DNA from: Thecamonas trahens ATCC 50062
Lineage: Eukaryota; Protista; Apusomonadida
Assembly (NCBI RefSeq): GCF_000142905.1
Contig: NW_013657640.1
Location: 123,208-187,207 of the forward strand
Length of the DNA stretch: 64,000 nucleotides
Direction: 5' to 3'
The position numbers were made by a program, and so were the translations under genes. Positions 46,592-56,455 of this stretch are shown here, one piece after another. Position 1 is the first letter of the stretch. The number at the start of each line of letters is the position of its first letter. Under the pieces are notes generated by a model, which saw only the letters and a program-made list of their open reading frames with translations, was not told where the DNA came from and searched no databases.

Positions 46592-48133
46592 TCACGAGCT
46601 GAGCAGCTTGCGTCGCCGCGGGGAGCGACGGACGGGTGAGGCCGGCGACTTGGCGGACGGAGCGGTGGTCGATGAGGCAGCAAGTGGTTCTGTGTCGTCA
46701 CGCTTGCGCTTGCGAGGAGATGGCGAGGTTGCTGATGAAGGTAGCGGAGCGGTCGTGTGCGATGGGGCTAGGAGGCGTGGTGACGACGATCTGTCCTTGA
46801 CGGCAGGAGGCGGCGGCGGCGGAGGTGCAGCCGCCGGCTGGATGGCGACCAGCTTGGGCGGGTCGCTGCCGCTCGGCGGCAGAACAAGAACAGTGTAGCC
46901 ATGCGTCTCTTGCGACGGGTCGGTGAGCTCTTGTGGCGGGTCAAAGGTGCCGATGTTGGCGAGCGCGTTGTAGTAGAACGGTTTGCCGGAGACCGGGTCC
47001 TCGACGACCCGCCACGGGTTCTCAGCGGCTAGCTTGGCAGCCTCTGCAGCCTCAGCGGCGGCTTTGGCAGCCTTGGCGGCCTTACGCTTGCGGATCTCCT
47101 TGATGAGTGCCTTGTGCTTCGACTTGGCCTTGGACTTGGACTTGGACTTGGCGCTGCCGCCGGCTCTGGGCTTTCCTGCCGACGCCGGGCTCGATTCAGT
47201 CGACACCGAGCCGGAGGACTTGTGGGCCTTGCTTGCCGATGATGCTTGCTTGGCCGACGCCTTGCGGTGCTGCTCGTCGTTTGTGACGCGGGCAGCGATG
47301 GCGTCGTAGGTCGGCGCCTCGCCGCCGTCGAGGGCGCAGTTGTATCTGAGCGTAAACTCGGAGAGCCGCCAGACCATGGCCTTGCGGTTGCCGTGGGTTG
47401 GCAGCCGGTACTCGCGGAGCTTGGCCTTGATCTGCGACGGCTTCATAATCGAGTGCACGAGCTTGGGCAGCCGCTTGGGCGGCTTGCCACATGGCTTGCG
47501 CCCGAGCACAACCGGCGGGGCAGAGTGGGCCGCATTGCCTCCCGCAGCCTTGCCGCCTGCTCCGCCTCCGCTGGACAAGCAGGTGTCCAGATGAGTATTG
47601 AGCATGTCCGGGCTAAGGGCTAGGCCGCAGACCGGACAGCGGACCTTGCCCGGCGGTGGCGGCGGGTGATCGTCATCGGCGTCGAGGACAATGGGCGCGG
47701 CCTGCGATCCCATGTTCTCAGCGGCTATGCGGCTTGCGCGACGCGAGGGCCGTGGCTTGGGCGGCTCTTGCTGAGACTTTGGCTCGGCAACAGCGGGCGG
47801 GGCCGGCAGCAATGCCGACGGGTCCTGGTCGCGATCGGGGATGCGGACGGCCTCGAGAGCGGTGCGGAGGGTGCGGTAGGCCGAGACGAGGGCGTCGACG
47901 TGATGGTTGTTGCGGACGTCCATGGAGGTGGCGGGAAGGCGGCACGAGGGACATGCTGGGCGATGGCGGAGGGCACGCCGCAAGCAGAGCGCACAATACG
48001 TATGCCCACATCCGGCCAGTTGCATGGCCGTCACTATGGGCTCGTGGCAGATGGCGCAAGCCACGACTGAGTCCATGCTCGCCATGGCCGGGCCCACGCC
48101 GGCCAGCTCGCCACACAGCTCTGGTGGATCCAT
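46592..48133 (-). CDS. RAD18: RAD18-like E3 ubiquitin ligase (RING, UBZ4, SAP); an upstream exon is possible
   Basis: C3HC4 RING CAIC...CGHTYCALCLR...CPSCR; UBZ CPVC...HLDTC; LPKL...SAP (L-x-T-x-G-x-R); WW-like segment near the C-terminus. Confidence 0.88.
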   Translation of the reverse strand: MDPPELCGELAGVGPAMASMDSVVACAICHEPIVTAMQLAGCGHTYCALCLRRALRHRPACPSCRLPATSMDVRNNHHVDALVSAYRTLRTALEAVRIPDRDQDPSALLPAPPAVAEPKSQQEPPKPRPSRRASRIAAENMGSQAAPIVLDADDDHPPPPPGKVRCPVCGLALSPDMLNTHLDTCLSSGGGAGGKAAGGNAAHSAPPVVLGRKPCGKPPKRLPKLVHSIMKPSQIKAKLREYRLPTHGNRKAMVWRLSEFTLRYNCALDGGEAPTYDAIAARVTNDEQHRKASAKQASSASKAHKSSGSVSTESSPASAGKPRAGGSAKSKSKSKAKSKHKALIKEIRKRKAAKAAKAAAEAAEAAKLAAENPWRVVEDPVSGKPFYYNALANIGTFDPPQELTDPSQETHGYTVLVLPPSGSDPPKLVAIQPAAAPPPPPPPAVKDRSSSPRLLAPSHTTAPLPSSATSPSPRKRKRDDTEPLAASSTTAPSAKSPASPVRRSPRRRKLLSS

Positions 48134-48639
48134 ATCCACGGCGTTGGCTGCAGAGAGAGATAGTGCGTGTGTGTGCGGTGGGGGGGGGGGGGGGGGGAAG
48201 GGGGGTGAGGGTGAGGTGCGTGCGTATGAGGTCAAGGCCCGTGCTTGTGTCTTGGCGGTGTGGCGCGCCGAGTGGTTGAATCTACATGCTTTGCAGGGCG
48301 GAGGCGGGGGGGGCGGAGGGGGGGGGGATGAAGGAGAAGAAGAAGATGATGATGATTACGGCGATGACATTATTATTATTATTATTGGTGGTGGTGGTGG
48401 TGGTGGTGATGATGTGTACAGATCGAGTGCAATGAAGTTGGAAATGGTGCTGGATGTGTCTTGGATAGGGGGATAGGGCTGCGCAGAGGTAGCCAGCTGG
48501 CACCGGCGAGTCGTTCCACCGGCGACGAGCGGAGCGGCAGCGCCGGCTGAGGGTGGGAACTGAGGGCATTGCGGCGAGACACCTCACCCACACACGTGGT
48601 GCACCACTCCAGGTCAAATTGGCGGAAAGAGAGACCGGC

Positions 48640-48936
48640 ATGGAGGCGAGGTTCACCGGCCCGAGCGGGTCGCACACCATTGTGGCGACGGACGTGCCCG
48701 GCTCGCTCGCCGAGCTCGCCGACGCGGTCGACGACATGCACGCCGCCATTAAGGCGTTTGTCGATGCCCGGGCCGCAGAGGACTCGGGTTCCAAGAAGCG
48801 CCCGAGCGATGACGGCGGAGCCGACGACAATGAGCTGGCGGCCATGGCCATCGAGGGTGAGACCGATGATGGCGGCAAGGGCGCGTCGACGGATGCCTCG
48901 GCCGCGCCGGCTGCCAAGCGCCCGCGGGTCTTGTGA
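48640..48936 (+). CDS. Small acidic protein, GON7-like (KEOPS subunit)
   Basis: 98 aa: MEARFTGPSG, amphipathic helix LAELADAVDDMHAAIKAFVD, acidic tail, AKRPR end; layout resembles yeast Gon7 and human C14orf142. Confidence 0.5.
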   Translation: MEARFTGPSGSHTIVATDVPGSLAELADAVDDMHAAIKAFVDARAAEDSGSKKRPSDDGGADDNELAAMAIEGETDDGGKGASTDASAAPAAKRPRVL

Positions 48937-49295
48937 GGGCGTCAGTGGCGTCCGATCCCCCTCGTTTGCCCTCGCCTCCCTTGATTTCCTCCGACTGTGG
49001 CTGTCGGCCTTGTTTGGCGGTGCGCAGCGGAAGCTACCGTGCCATCCAGTCGAGCTGAGTGGCTGGCTGCTGGCTTCCTCTCGCGATCATTCCAGCTTGT
49101 GGCAGTACTGGAACACTGGAAACAACCTAGTCTATGTCCCCCTCCCGTCGTCTTTCCCTCTCCCCACACATCAAATCCCACCTACACAACACCAACCCGA
49201 TGGCAATCACATCAACAGCGCCCCGCCAGCCGCCAGCCGCCAGCCGCCAGCCGCCCCCTCCCCCCCCCCCTCCCGCCCCACCAGCCGCCAGACCG

Positions 49296-50543
49296 ATGGT
49301 GCGCAGCGGCACATTTCGGTTCGTCGGCTGTCACCGGGAGCGTTCAATTGATGAACGGCGAGGTTCGATGCGACGACGATCGGGAGAGCCACCATATCTC
49401 TCCCCTCACACAATGGTACGAACTCCAGTCCGAGGCGCATACCAGGGCCACGGGCAGCCATACGTGGAGTATGCATATATTCTGTGGTGCTAGTGTCTAT
49501 ACGTGGTGTGTGTGCAGAGCTTGTGGGTCTGCTGTGGCCTGCATACCACCCTCGTCCCTCTTGCTCCCATTTCCCCACTTTTGTATGACTCGCCCATCTA
49601 CCGCGAGTTCCACCCTCGGCACCCTCCGCCCATACAGCACCTACCCCCTACCCCCACCCCCTACCTCCACCCTCTCCACACTGCATACACCCCCTCCCCG
49701 CTCCCGCATCTCTCGTCGCTGCACTCTCCACAGGTTACCGTCTCCAGCATCCCGCTGCGGTGGCTATTTTTGCGCCGGCTGCCCATCCCCCCCTTCCCCC
49801 TTCCCCCCCGTCCCGGTCACCTTGCTTGCCCTCGCTCTCTGCTCCCGGCCTCCCTCCGCACCCAACCACTGCCAACACCAGGACCTTCCTCTCTATAACC
49901 CTGTGTCTGTTGGAGTGCCACAGGCGGGGCCCAGGCACCACGGTGGCGGTGGGGCCCAGCAGTTGGGGTGGGCGGGCGGGCAAAGCGTATGATTTTGAGC
50001 AGAGCGAGCGACACAGGCCGCAGCAGGACTGCAGCCAGTTCACGCGCTACAGCCGGCTACCCGCCACTGTCCGCAGCGACTCACCTGGTTGTTGTGTGAG
50101 GAATGTCACAGTCGAGCCAGCCCCGCCGTCGCGTGTTCCGCAAGTTCACCTACCGTGGTGTGGACCTTGAGCAGCTGCTCGAGATGAAGCAGGAGGAGCT
50201 CATCCAGCTCTTCACTGCCCGCCAGCGCCGCTCGATCAACCGCGGCCTGCTCAAGAAGCGCTCGTCGCGCACTCTGCTCAAGAAGCTGCGCAAGGCCAAG
50301 GCCGAGACCCCGCAGGGCGAGAAGCCCGAGCCGGTCAAGACCCACCTCCGGAACATGGTCATCATCCCTGAGATGATCGGCTCGGTCGTCGGTGTCTACA
50401 ACGGCTCGCAGTTCAACCAGGTTGAGATCAAGCCCGAGATGGTCGGTCACTTCCTTGGCGAGTTCTCCATCACCTACCGCCCGGTCCGCCACGGCCGCCC
50501 CGGTGTCGGCTCGTCCAACACTGCCCGCTTCATCCCGATCTAG
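49296..50543 (+). CDS. RPS15: 40S ribosomal protein S15 (uS19); probably join(49296..49298,50112..50543)
   Basis: [25 protein letters not shown][12 protein letters not shown], RFIP. ATG|GTGCGC donor at 49299 and TCACAG acceptor at 50111; alternative unspliced start at 50103. Confidence 0.93.
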
Positions 50544-50758
50544 AAGCCCCGCACTAAAACAAACAACCAACAATACTCTCCCTCTCCCTCTCCCTCTCCC
50601 ACCACCTTTACATCGTGATGTGCACAGCCGTCTGAGCAAGCCATGACGGCACGCCCGCCACCGCTCCGCCTCCCGCCTCCCGCCTTCAGCTGGCCACTCC
50701 ATCACCCCCCCCCCACTCCTTCCCCCCTCCCCCGCTCCCCCTCCTCCATTCCCCCGGT

Positions 50759-51817
50759 ATGGCCCATCGCAGCCAGGCTCTCTCGCTCTACCGCGAGCTG
50801 CTCCGTGCGGCATCGGCATCGGTCTTCCCCAACTACCCCAACGCCTCGGCCACCATTGCCGCCAAGATCCGTGCCGAGTTCCGCGGCCAGGCCCACCTCG
50901 ACCCTGTCGCCGACGCCGCCGCCGTCGACAGCGCCATGTCCAAGGCCCGCCGCTCCGTCCATGCCCTCCACCAGGCTGTACCTACCAAGTTTGTCTCGCC
51001 TGCCCTTCAGCGCACCTCGCCTCGCCCGTCCCCACCTCGTCGGGCGCCCTTGCGCCCAGTGGCGCCAAACGACGCGGCCGGCGCCCGACCGCCCGTGCCT
51101 GCCTCCAGACCGCCGCCCACCCGCGCCTCTGCGGTATCGGCGCCTGCTCCTGCTCCCGCAGCCTCTGCCCCGCGCTCGCAGGAACACGTCCGCACATCGC
51201 AGTCGTCGTCGTCGTTCTGGACTACCTATGCCGACATGCAGGGCGGCGGGGCGGGGCGGCCCAAGACTGCTCCGACGCCGACGCCGCCGCCGCCGTCGCC
51301 ATCGCCGTCGCCGCCACCAACCACCACCACCCACCGCCCATCATCGCCGTCGGTGATCGCCAAGCCAGCGCCACCACCGCCGCCGCCTGGTGCTGCCGTT
51401 GCCAGGCCGCCGTCACCGTCACCGCCGCCGCCGCCGCAAGCCGGTCCTCGCTTGGCGCCGGCGCCGCCGTCTCCGCGACCTGCATCTCGTCCTCTGGCGG
51501 ACGTCGCTCCTGCCACGCCCATTGCTGTCGCCCGGTCGCAGATGACCCAGTTTCTGGCGGACCATCCCTCGCTCGATGCCATTGCGGCCGAGTTTGACAT
51601 GATTGACGTGCGCGCCGCCGAGCAGCGACGACGCGCGTCGCCGCGCCGCGCCGTCACGCGCCGCCGAATCGGGCACCACCCGCGTCTCGGGCTCGATTCT
51701 TCCGCAGGCCTTTGTCTCCCGCATTGTGGTAAACCAATAGCAGGCAAAGTACGGCGTAGGGCGTGGGCGAGCTGCGAGCGGAGTCAGCGGGTGGCCGTCG
51801 CCAATCCAATGTGTTAG
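50759..51817 (+). CDS. LYR-motif protein with long Pro-rich extension
   Basis: ALSLYRELLR...IRAEFR Complex1_LYR pattern; C-terminal extent uncertain. Confidence 0.7.
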   Translation: MAHRSQALSLYRELLRAASASVFPNYPNASATIAAKIRAEFRGQAHLDPVADAAAVDSAMSKARRSVHALHQAVPTKFVSPALQRTSPRPSPPRRAPLRPVAPNDAAGARPPVPASRPPPTRASAVSAPAPAPAASAPRSQEHVRTSQSSSSFWTTYADMQGGGAGRPKTAPTPTPPPPSPSPSPPPTTTTHRPSSPSVIAKPAPPPPPPGAAVARPPSPSPPPPPQAGPRLAPAPPSPRPASRPLADVAPATPIAVARSQMTQFLADHPSLDAIAAEFDMIDVRAAEQRRRASPRRAVTRRRIGHHPRLGLDSSAGLCLPHCGKPIAGKVRRRAWASCERSQRVAVANPMC

Positions 51818-51850
51818 CTAAGAGCAAGAGCGGATTTTTTCACCGATAAT

Positions 51851-51935
51851 GCACACGTGTCTCAGTGGTTACGGAGTCGGTCTTATGAACAGATTAGAAT
51901 ACCGAAAGTCGCGAGTTCGAATCTCGCCGTGTGCA
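51851..51935 (+). tRNA. tRNA-Ile(UAU) with ~12-nt intron (about 51888-51899)
   Basis: Acceptor GCACACG/CGTGTGC; anticodon stem TCGGT/ACCGA; CT-TAT-G then insertion; T arm GCGAG-TTCGAAT-CTCGC; downstream T7 Pol III terminator. Confidence 0.9.
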
Positions 51936-51961
51936 CTATCTATTTTTTTACCCTGACCGCC

Positions 51962-52074
51962 ACCCTCGCACGCACACCTCGCATCGCAAACACGCCTTTA
52001 GCGGGGGGAGAACAAGTGCTACCCTCGCACGCACACCTCGCATCGCAAACACGCGTTCAACGGGTGAGAACAAG
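51962..52074. repeat. Two-copy tandem duplication (59-bp period) covering the stop and 3' flank of the saposin-PAP gene
   Basis: ACCCTCGCACGCACACCTCGCATCGCAAACACGC at 51962 and 52021, each followed by CGGG..GAGAACAAG. Confidence 0.85.
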
Positions 52075-53661
52075 CGAGTCTAGGACACCGCCGGTCGAGG
52101 CGTCAACGTACTTGGTGGTGAGCGTCGAGGCGGTGGTGGCAACATGGAGATAGCCAAAGTCGTTGGCACCGAAGACCGACCACGGCGGCGGCGAGGCAGG
52201 ATAGCCTGAGGTGCCCTCCTTGGATCCGCCGACGCCGCAGACAATGTACGTCGGAGCCGCGCCGGCCGGCATGATCTTAGAGTGCAGAACAGGCGTGGTC
52301 CGCGAGTACGAGTGGCGATGGCCCGAGAGGTGCAAGTCGACGTGGTAAGTGGCGAGCAAGTCTTCGATGGCCTCGCGGAAGAGCGGCGCAAACGTGTCAC
52401 AGTCGGTCGAGTGGTCCGGGCAGTACATGGGTCGGTGCATGGTGACAATGACCCATGGGTGCAGGGCCCGCGCCGCCGGCGTGTCGGCGGCCTTGAGTTC
52501 GGCTTCGAGCCAGACGTGCTGCGCGCCTCCGGGCGCGAGGCTCGGCGCGAGGCCAAAGTCATCCTCCGAGTTGAGGGCGATGATACGGACATGGCCGTAG
52601 GTAAACGAGTAGTAGACCGTGTCGGGCGAGCGGGTGCCGCCGGGCGTCGGTGCCGGAACCGGAAAGAGCTTGAAGAACGGAACGCCGTCGTAGTAGTCCT
52701 CGTGGTTCCCGCGCAGCGTCTGGTACGGGAGATACGCCGCAAAGCTCGAGATCTTTCGCTTGAACTGGCCCCAAAGGTCAGTGGCGCCGTCGGCGTAGCC
52801 AATGTCGCCGGCGTGGAGCACAAAGTCGAGCGCCGAGTCGAGCGCCATTGCCGAGATCCGCGCTAGCGTTCGGTCCGATGCGTCGGTCGCGCCCATGTCC
52901 GCCACCTGCACAAACACGGTGGTGGCATTCGGCGGCAGCGCACCCGGCGCAGGCGGCATGACAAACGAGAGATCCTTGGGCAGCGCCCAGTTGGGATGAT
53001 CCCAGTATGGATGCGCGTCAGCGCCGACGGTGTAGTAGTACCGCGCGTCCGGTGCGAGTCCAGTCATGACGCATGTGTGGATCATGCCGACCCACCCGCC
53101 GTTGGGAAAGGTGTCCGAGACTGCCGCTGCGGACTGGGTGTACTCCCCCTGGACCGTGCCCCACTTGCACATCGGCGCTGGCATGTCCATGAGGGTCACC
53201 CACGTCACCCGCATCTCGCCGGCCGAGCCGCCGAGCGAGATGTGGATCTGCTCGGGCGTATACGGTGTGGCGCAGCACGGCACGGCGCAGAGGCGCGCAA
53301 ATGCGCAGATCGAACGCGGCGTGTACTTGACCAGCACGCTCTCGTCAGACTTGTTCAGCAGTGGCGCGAGCGCCTCAAACTCGGCTTCGCACGCCGCCTT
53401 CTTCTCACTCGGCAGCGGAAGCAGCCCACACATCTTGCCTAGCGCCTTCACGATCGCCTCCTCCGTTGCGTTGGTCGCCAGCGACGACTCGACATCGAGC
53501 ACCACGGCCTTGCACAGCGGACAGAGCTCGTCAAGTTCCAGCAGCTCACGCTCATGCTCCACACGGACCGCCAGGCCGCTGTCAACGCACCCGAGCACCA
53601 CCACAGCCACAGCCAGAACCGCTACCGTCGCCGTCCACCGCGTTCCTGTCGTCGTCCGCAT
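52057..53661 (-). CDS. Secreted purple acid phosphatase with N-terminal saposin-B domain
   Basis: Signal peptide; six-Cys saposin pattern CPLC...C...C...PRSIC...LC; PEQIH; ADMG, GDIGY, GNHE, MHRP, GHRHSY-x-R. Confidence 0.88.
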   Translation of the reverse strand: MRTTTGTRWTATVAVLAVAVVVLGCVDSGLAVRVEHERELLELDELCPLCKAVVLDVESSLATNATEEAIVKALGKMCGLLPLPSEKKAACEAEFEALAPLLNKSDESVLVKYTPRSICAFARLCAVPCCATPYTPEQIHISLGGSAGEMRVTWVTLMDMPAPMCKWGTVQGEYTQSAAAVSDTFPNGGWVGMIHTCVMTGLAPDARYYYTVGADAHPYWDHPNWALPKDLSFVMPPAPGALPPNATTVFVQVADMGATDASDRTLARISAMALDSALDFVLHAGDIGYADGATDLWGQFKRKISSFAAYLPYQTLRGNHEDYYDGVPFFKLFPVPAPTPGGTRSPDTVYYSFTYGHVRIIALNSEDDFGLAPSLAPGGAQHVWLEAELKAADTPAARALHPWVIVTMHRPMYCPDHSTDCDTFAPLFREAIEDLLATYHVDLHLSGHRHSYSRTTPVLHSKIMPAGAAPTYIVCGVGGSKEGTSGYPASPPPWSVFGANDFGYLHVATTASTLTTKYVDASTGGVLDSLVLTR

Positions 53662-53952
53662 GCTGACTTGAAGCGTGTGCAAAGAGTGGCGTGGTAGGTC
53701 ACAGACATGGTCACAGGCACGGTCACAGACACGGTCACAGGCACAGTCGGGCACGGTCACACACGCACGGTCTCGAGCCGTGACCAACCGGCGGCAGCAT
53801 GGTGGCGTGCGGGGCGTGACCTTGCGAATGGAGATGGAATTGGAAATGAGTGATTCGCGCGAGCTCGTTTCGGCTGTTTTTCACTTTTTGAACAACCAAC
53901 TCGCCTCAATGGCGAAGCAGACATTGCTTCTCCAAACCCGTCTCTGTCCACG

Positions 53953-54960
53953 ATGAAGTTCTCGTCCAGTACGTACCCCACCAGCAGCCAGTCATGGGGA
54001 GGCACAGCAACCAACCATACAGAGTGTGTGTGGAGACCGTCCTACAGCACTCTGCACTTTCTGCCTCCAAATGCCCATACTCCCTCTGCTAGAGCACCCC
54101 CCCCATTGCCCTGCCCCTCCCCCCCCTCTCGCCGCGCTCGTCGGATGCGGGCCTCGGTCCTATTTTTGCCGGTCCCCCTCTGCAAGCACTCTTGCTCCCG
54201 TGCCAGCCCCTTTGCAGCCCGGTGGAGGCAGAGCACGAGGCGTTGCGTGGATCACTCCTGCGCATCCTCCTGCTCCCTCCACTGTCTGTGCTGCGAGTAT
54301 ACTCGCTTGCCCACGCCATGCCGCTGTCGCCCGCCGAGTGTGTGATGGAATTTTGTGTGCCTTGGTCTGTCCTCCCACGGGCGAGATGGGGGCACTCCCG
54401 CACGCATTCAGGGCCGTCCTTCCCCCCCCCCCCCCCTCCTTTCCTCCCTCTCTGCCTACCTTCTCACTGCCCACATGCTGGACTCACCTTGTGTATGTTG
54501 GACTCCCGCGACTACTCTTGTTGGAAATGTGCTGCGATACGGTGTATGGGCTACAGACGTCACGTCGTCGCGCCGCAAGAACCGGAAGGCTCACTTCACG
54601 GCCCCCTCACACATCCGCCGCAAGCTGATGTCGGCGCCGCTGTCGGCTGAGCTCCGTGCTGAGCACAACGTCCGCTCGATGCCGGTCCGCCAGGGCGATG
54701 AGGTCGAGGTCACCCGCGGCACCTACAAGGCGCACACCGGCAAGGTTGTGTCCGTGTACCGTAAGAAGTGGGTCATTCACATCGACCGCCTCACCAAGGC
54801 CGCTGCCAACGGCAAGACCCCGTTCGTGGGCATCCACCCCTCCAACGTCAAGATCGTCAAGCTCGAGATGAACCGTGACCGCCAGGACATCCTCAACCGC
54901 AAGGCTGCCGGCCGCACCGCCGCTCTCGAGAAGTCGAAGGGCAAGCTCGACCAGGAGTAA
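53953..54960 (+). CDS. RPL26: 60S ribosomal protein L26 (uL24); join(53953..53968,54557..54960)
   Basis: [23 protein letters not shown] formed by the GTACGT..CTACAG intron; VYRKKW, GIHPSNV. Confidence 0.96.
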
Positions 54961-55136
54961 ACCAAGTCAAACCTTGCTCACGGCCTCGTCATTGTCCCCT
55001 CTCCCCTCTCACCTCTCCCCTCTGCCTGCTCTCCCCCCCCCTCCGGCTCATCATTGCCCTTTGCAAGACATTGTTTGCTTTTTCCTCCTATTCCGCAACG
55101 ACGACAACCGCTGCGGCTGGGGCAAGCTCTCCCTCG

Positions 55137-55898
55137 CTACAGACCCGAGCTCGAGTCCGAGCCTGACGACAGCGATCGCTCGCCCTCGGACTCGGCAATC
55201 GAGGAGAGCGACGAGCGTGAGAGGGCAGCATCGCGATTCGCCGTCCGCCGCCAGCCCTTGACAGGCTTGGAGGTAATGTGTTTGGTCACCTCGTCAGACG
55301 CATTCAGCAGCGGCAACGTTGAGAGCCTTGTGCGACCCAATGTGTAGTACCGCTGCATGACCACCAGATCTGCGGCGTCATCGCCAAACTGAGCGTCATC
55401 TGGTGCCGCGTTGCGGGCCTCCCGCTCACGCTCATACTCTTGCCGCGCCTCCTCGCTCATCCGCTCATTGTGCGCCTCCAGATTCTCATCAGTCAGCTCG
55501 GAGCACGTTGACATGTTGTCGTCCGGCGAGTTGGTTCCCGACATCGCACCTGCAGGCAGCTCGCCGCCGCCGGCCCCGGTGCTGCTGTCCGATCTCGATC
55601 TTCTCCGCTCGCGACGCCTTGCGCGTGACGAGCTCGGCGCCTGCCCCGTCGCCTCGAGGCCACCGTCGTTGTCATTAGACGGGCGACCCTTGTCGGTCTC
55701 ACTCATTCGTGTTGCATCCAGCTCGGCAACCGTAGCGCCGCGCGACGACTCGGTCGACCGCGACGGTGGTCCCGAGTCGACAAGCCCTTTCAACCCCGAG
55801 GTGCCGTTCTTGACGCCGTCTCTGCCCGCTCCGCCAGCATCCCTTGAACTCCTGATATCCTTTCCATCCGCCGCCGTCCGTGACGATCCACAGCCCAT
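55137..55898 (-). CDS. Uncharacterised hydrophilic protein with N-terminal MGCGSS acylation motif
   Basis: MGCGSS fits a myristoylation plus palmitoylation consensus; the rest is low complexity. Confidence 0.6.
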   Translation of the reverse strand: MGCGSSRTAADGKDIRSSRDAGGAGRDGVKNGTSGLKGLVDSGPPSRSTESSRGATVAELDATRMSETDKGRPSNDNDGGLEATGQAPSSSRARRRERRRSRSDSSTGAGGGELPAGAMSGTNSPDDNMSTCSELTDENLEAHNERMSEEARQEYEREREARNAAPDDAQFGDDAADLVVMQRYYTLGRTRLSTLPLLNASDEVTKHITSKPVKGWRRTANRDAALSRSSLSSIAESEGERSLSSGSDSSSGL

Positions 55899-56455
55899 GG
55901 CCTCCAAGCACAAGCGTAGCTCAAAATAATTGCTCTGCTGGTGGTGGAGGCTCCTGAGAGTCGGCCTCGACCAGTATTGGCTGTCGGCTCCCGGTGACCG
56001 ACCGACGCCTATGCCAGCCACAACCACAACCGCAGCCACAACCAGGCAGCCAGCCAGCCAGCTAGCCAGTCAGCCAACCACGACACACGCTCGTGAGTCG
56101 CGCTGCTCAATATGCGCTCCGCGCCCTCGACCGGTGCACAAGTGGAGTGAGTCGCCTTGTAGGATGAGGCGCCTTTGCTTGCGGCTGGGAGGGAAGGGTC
56201 GGGGGGGGGAGGCCGGTGGGGGGGCGGGAGTGGTTGGCTCCTTGCATCAGTTGAAGGCCGAAACCAATGTTTGTTGTCAGCCGCTCAATATCAAGACGGA
56301 CGAAACAAATGGCTGGCAATCAACTCACAGCCGACGCCATAGCTGCTCCTCATCAACGAATCCGTCGTCAGTCTATGATCAGCCTATGGTCCGCCTGTCA
56401 AGCCATCATCTTCCACTGTCATCTCGTCACTGCTCTCTCCTGACTCTCCGTTTTT

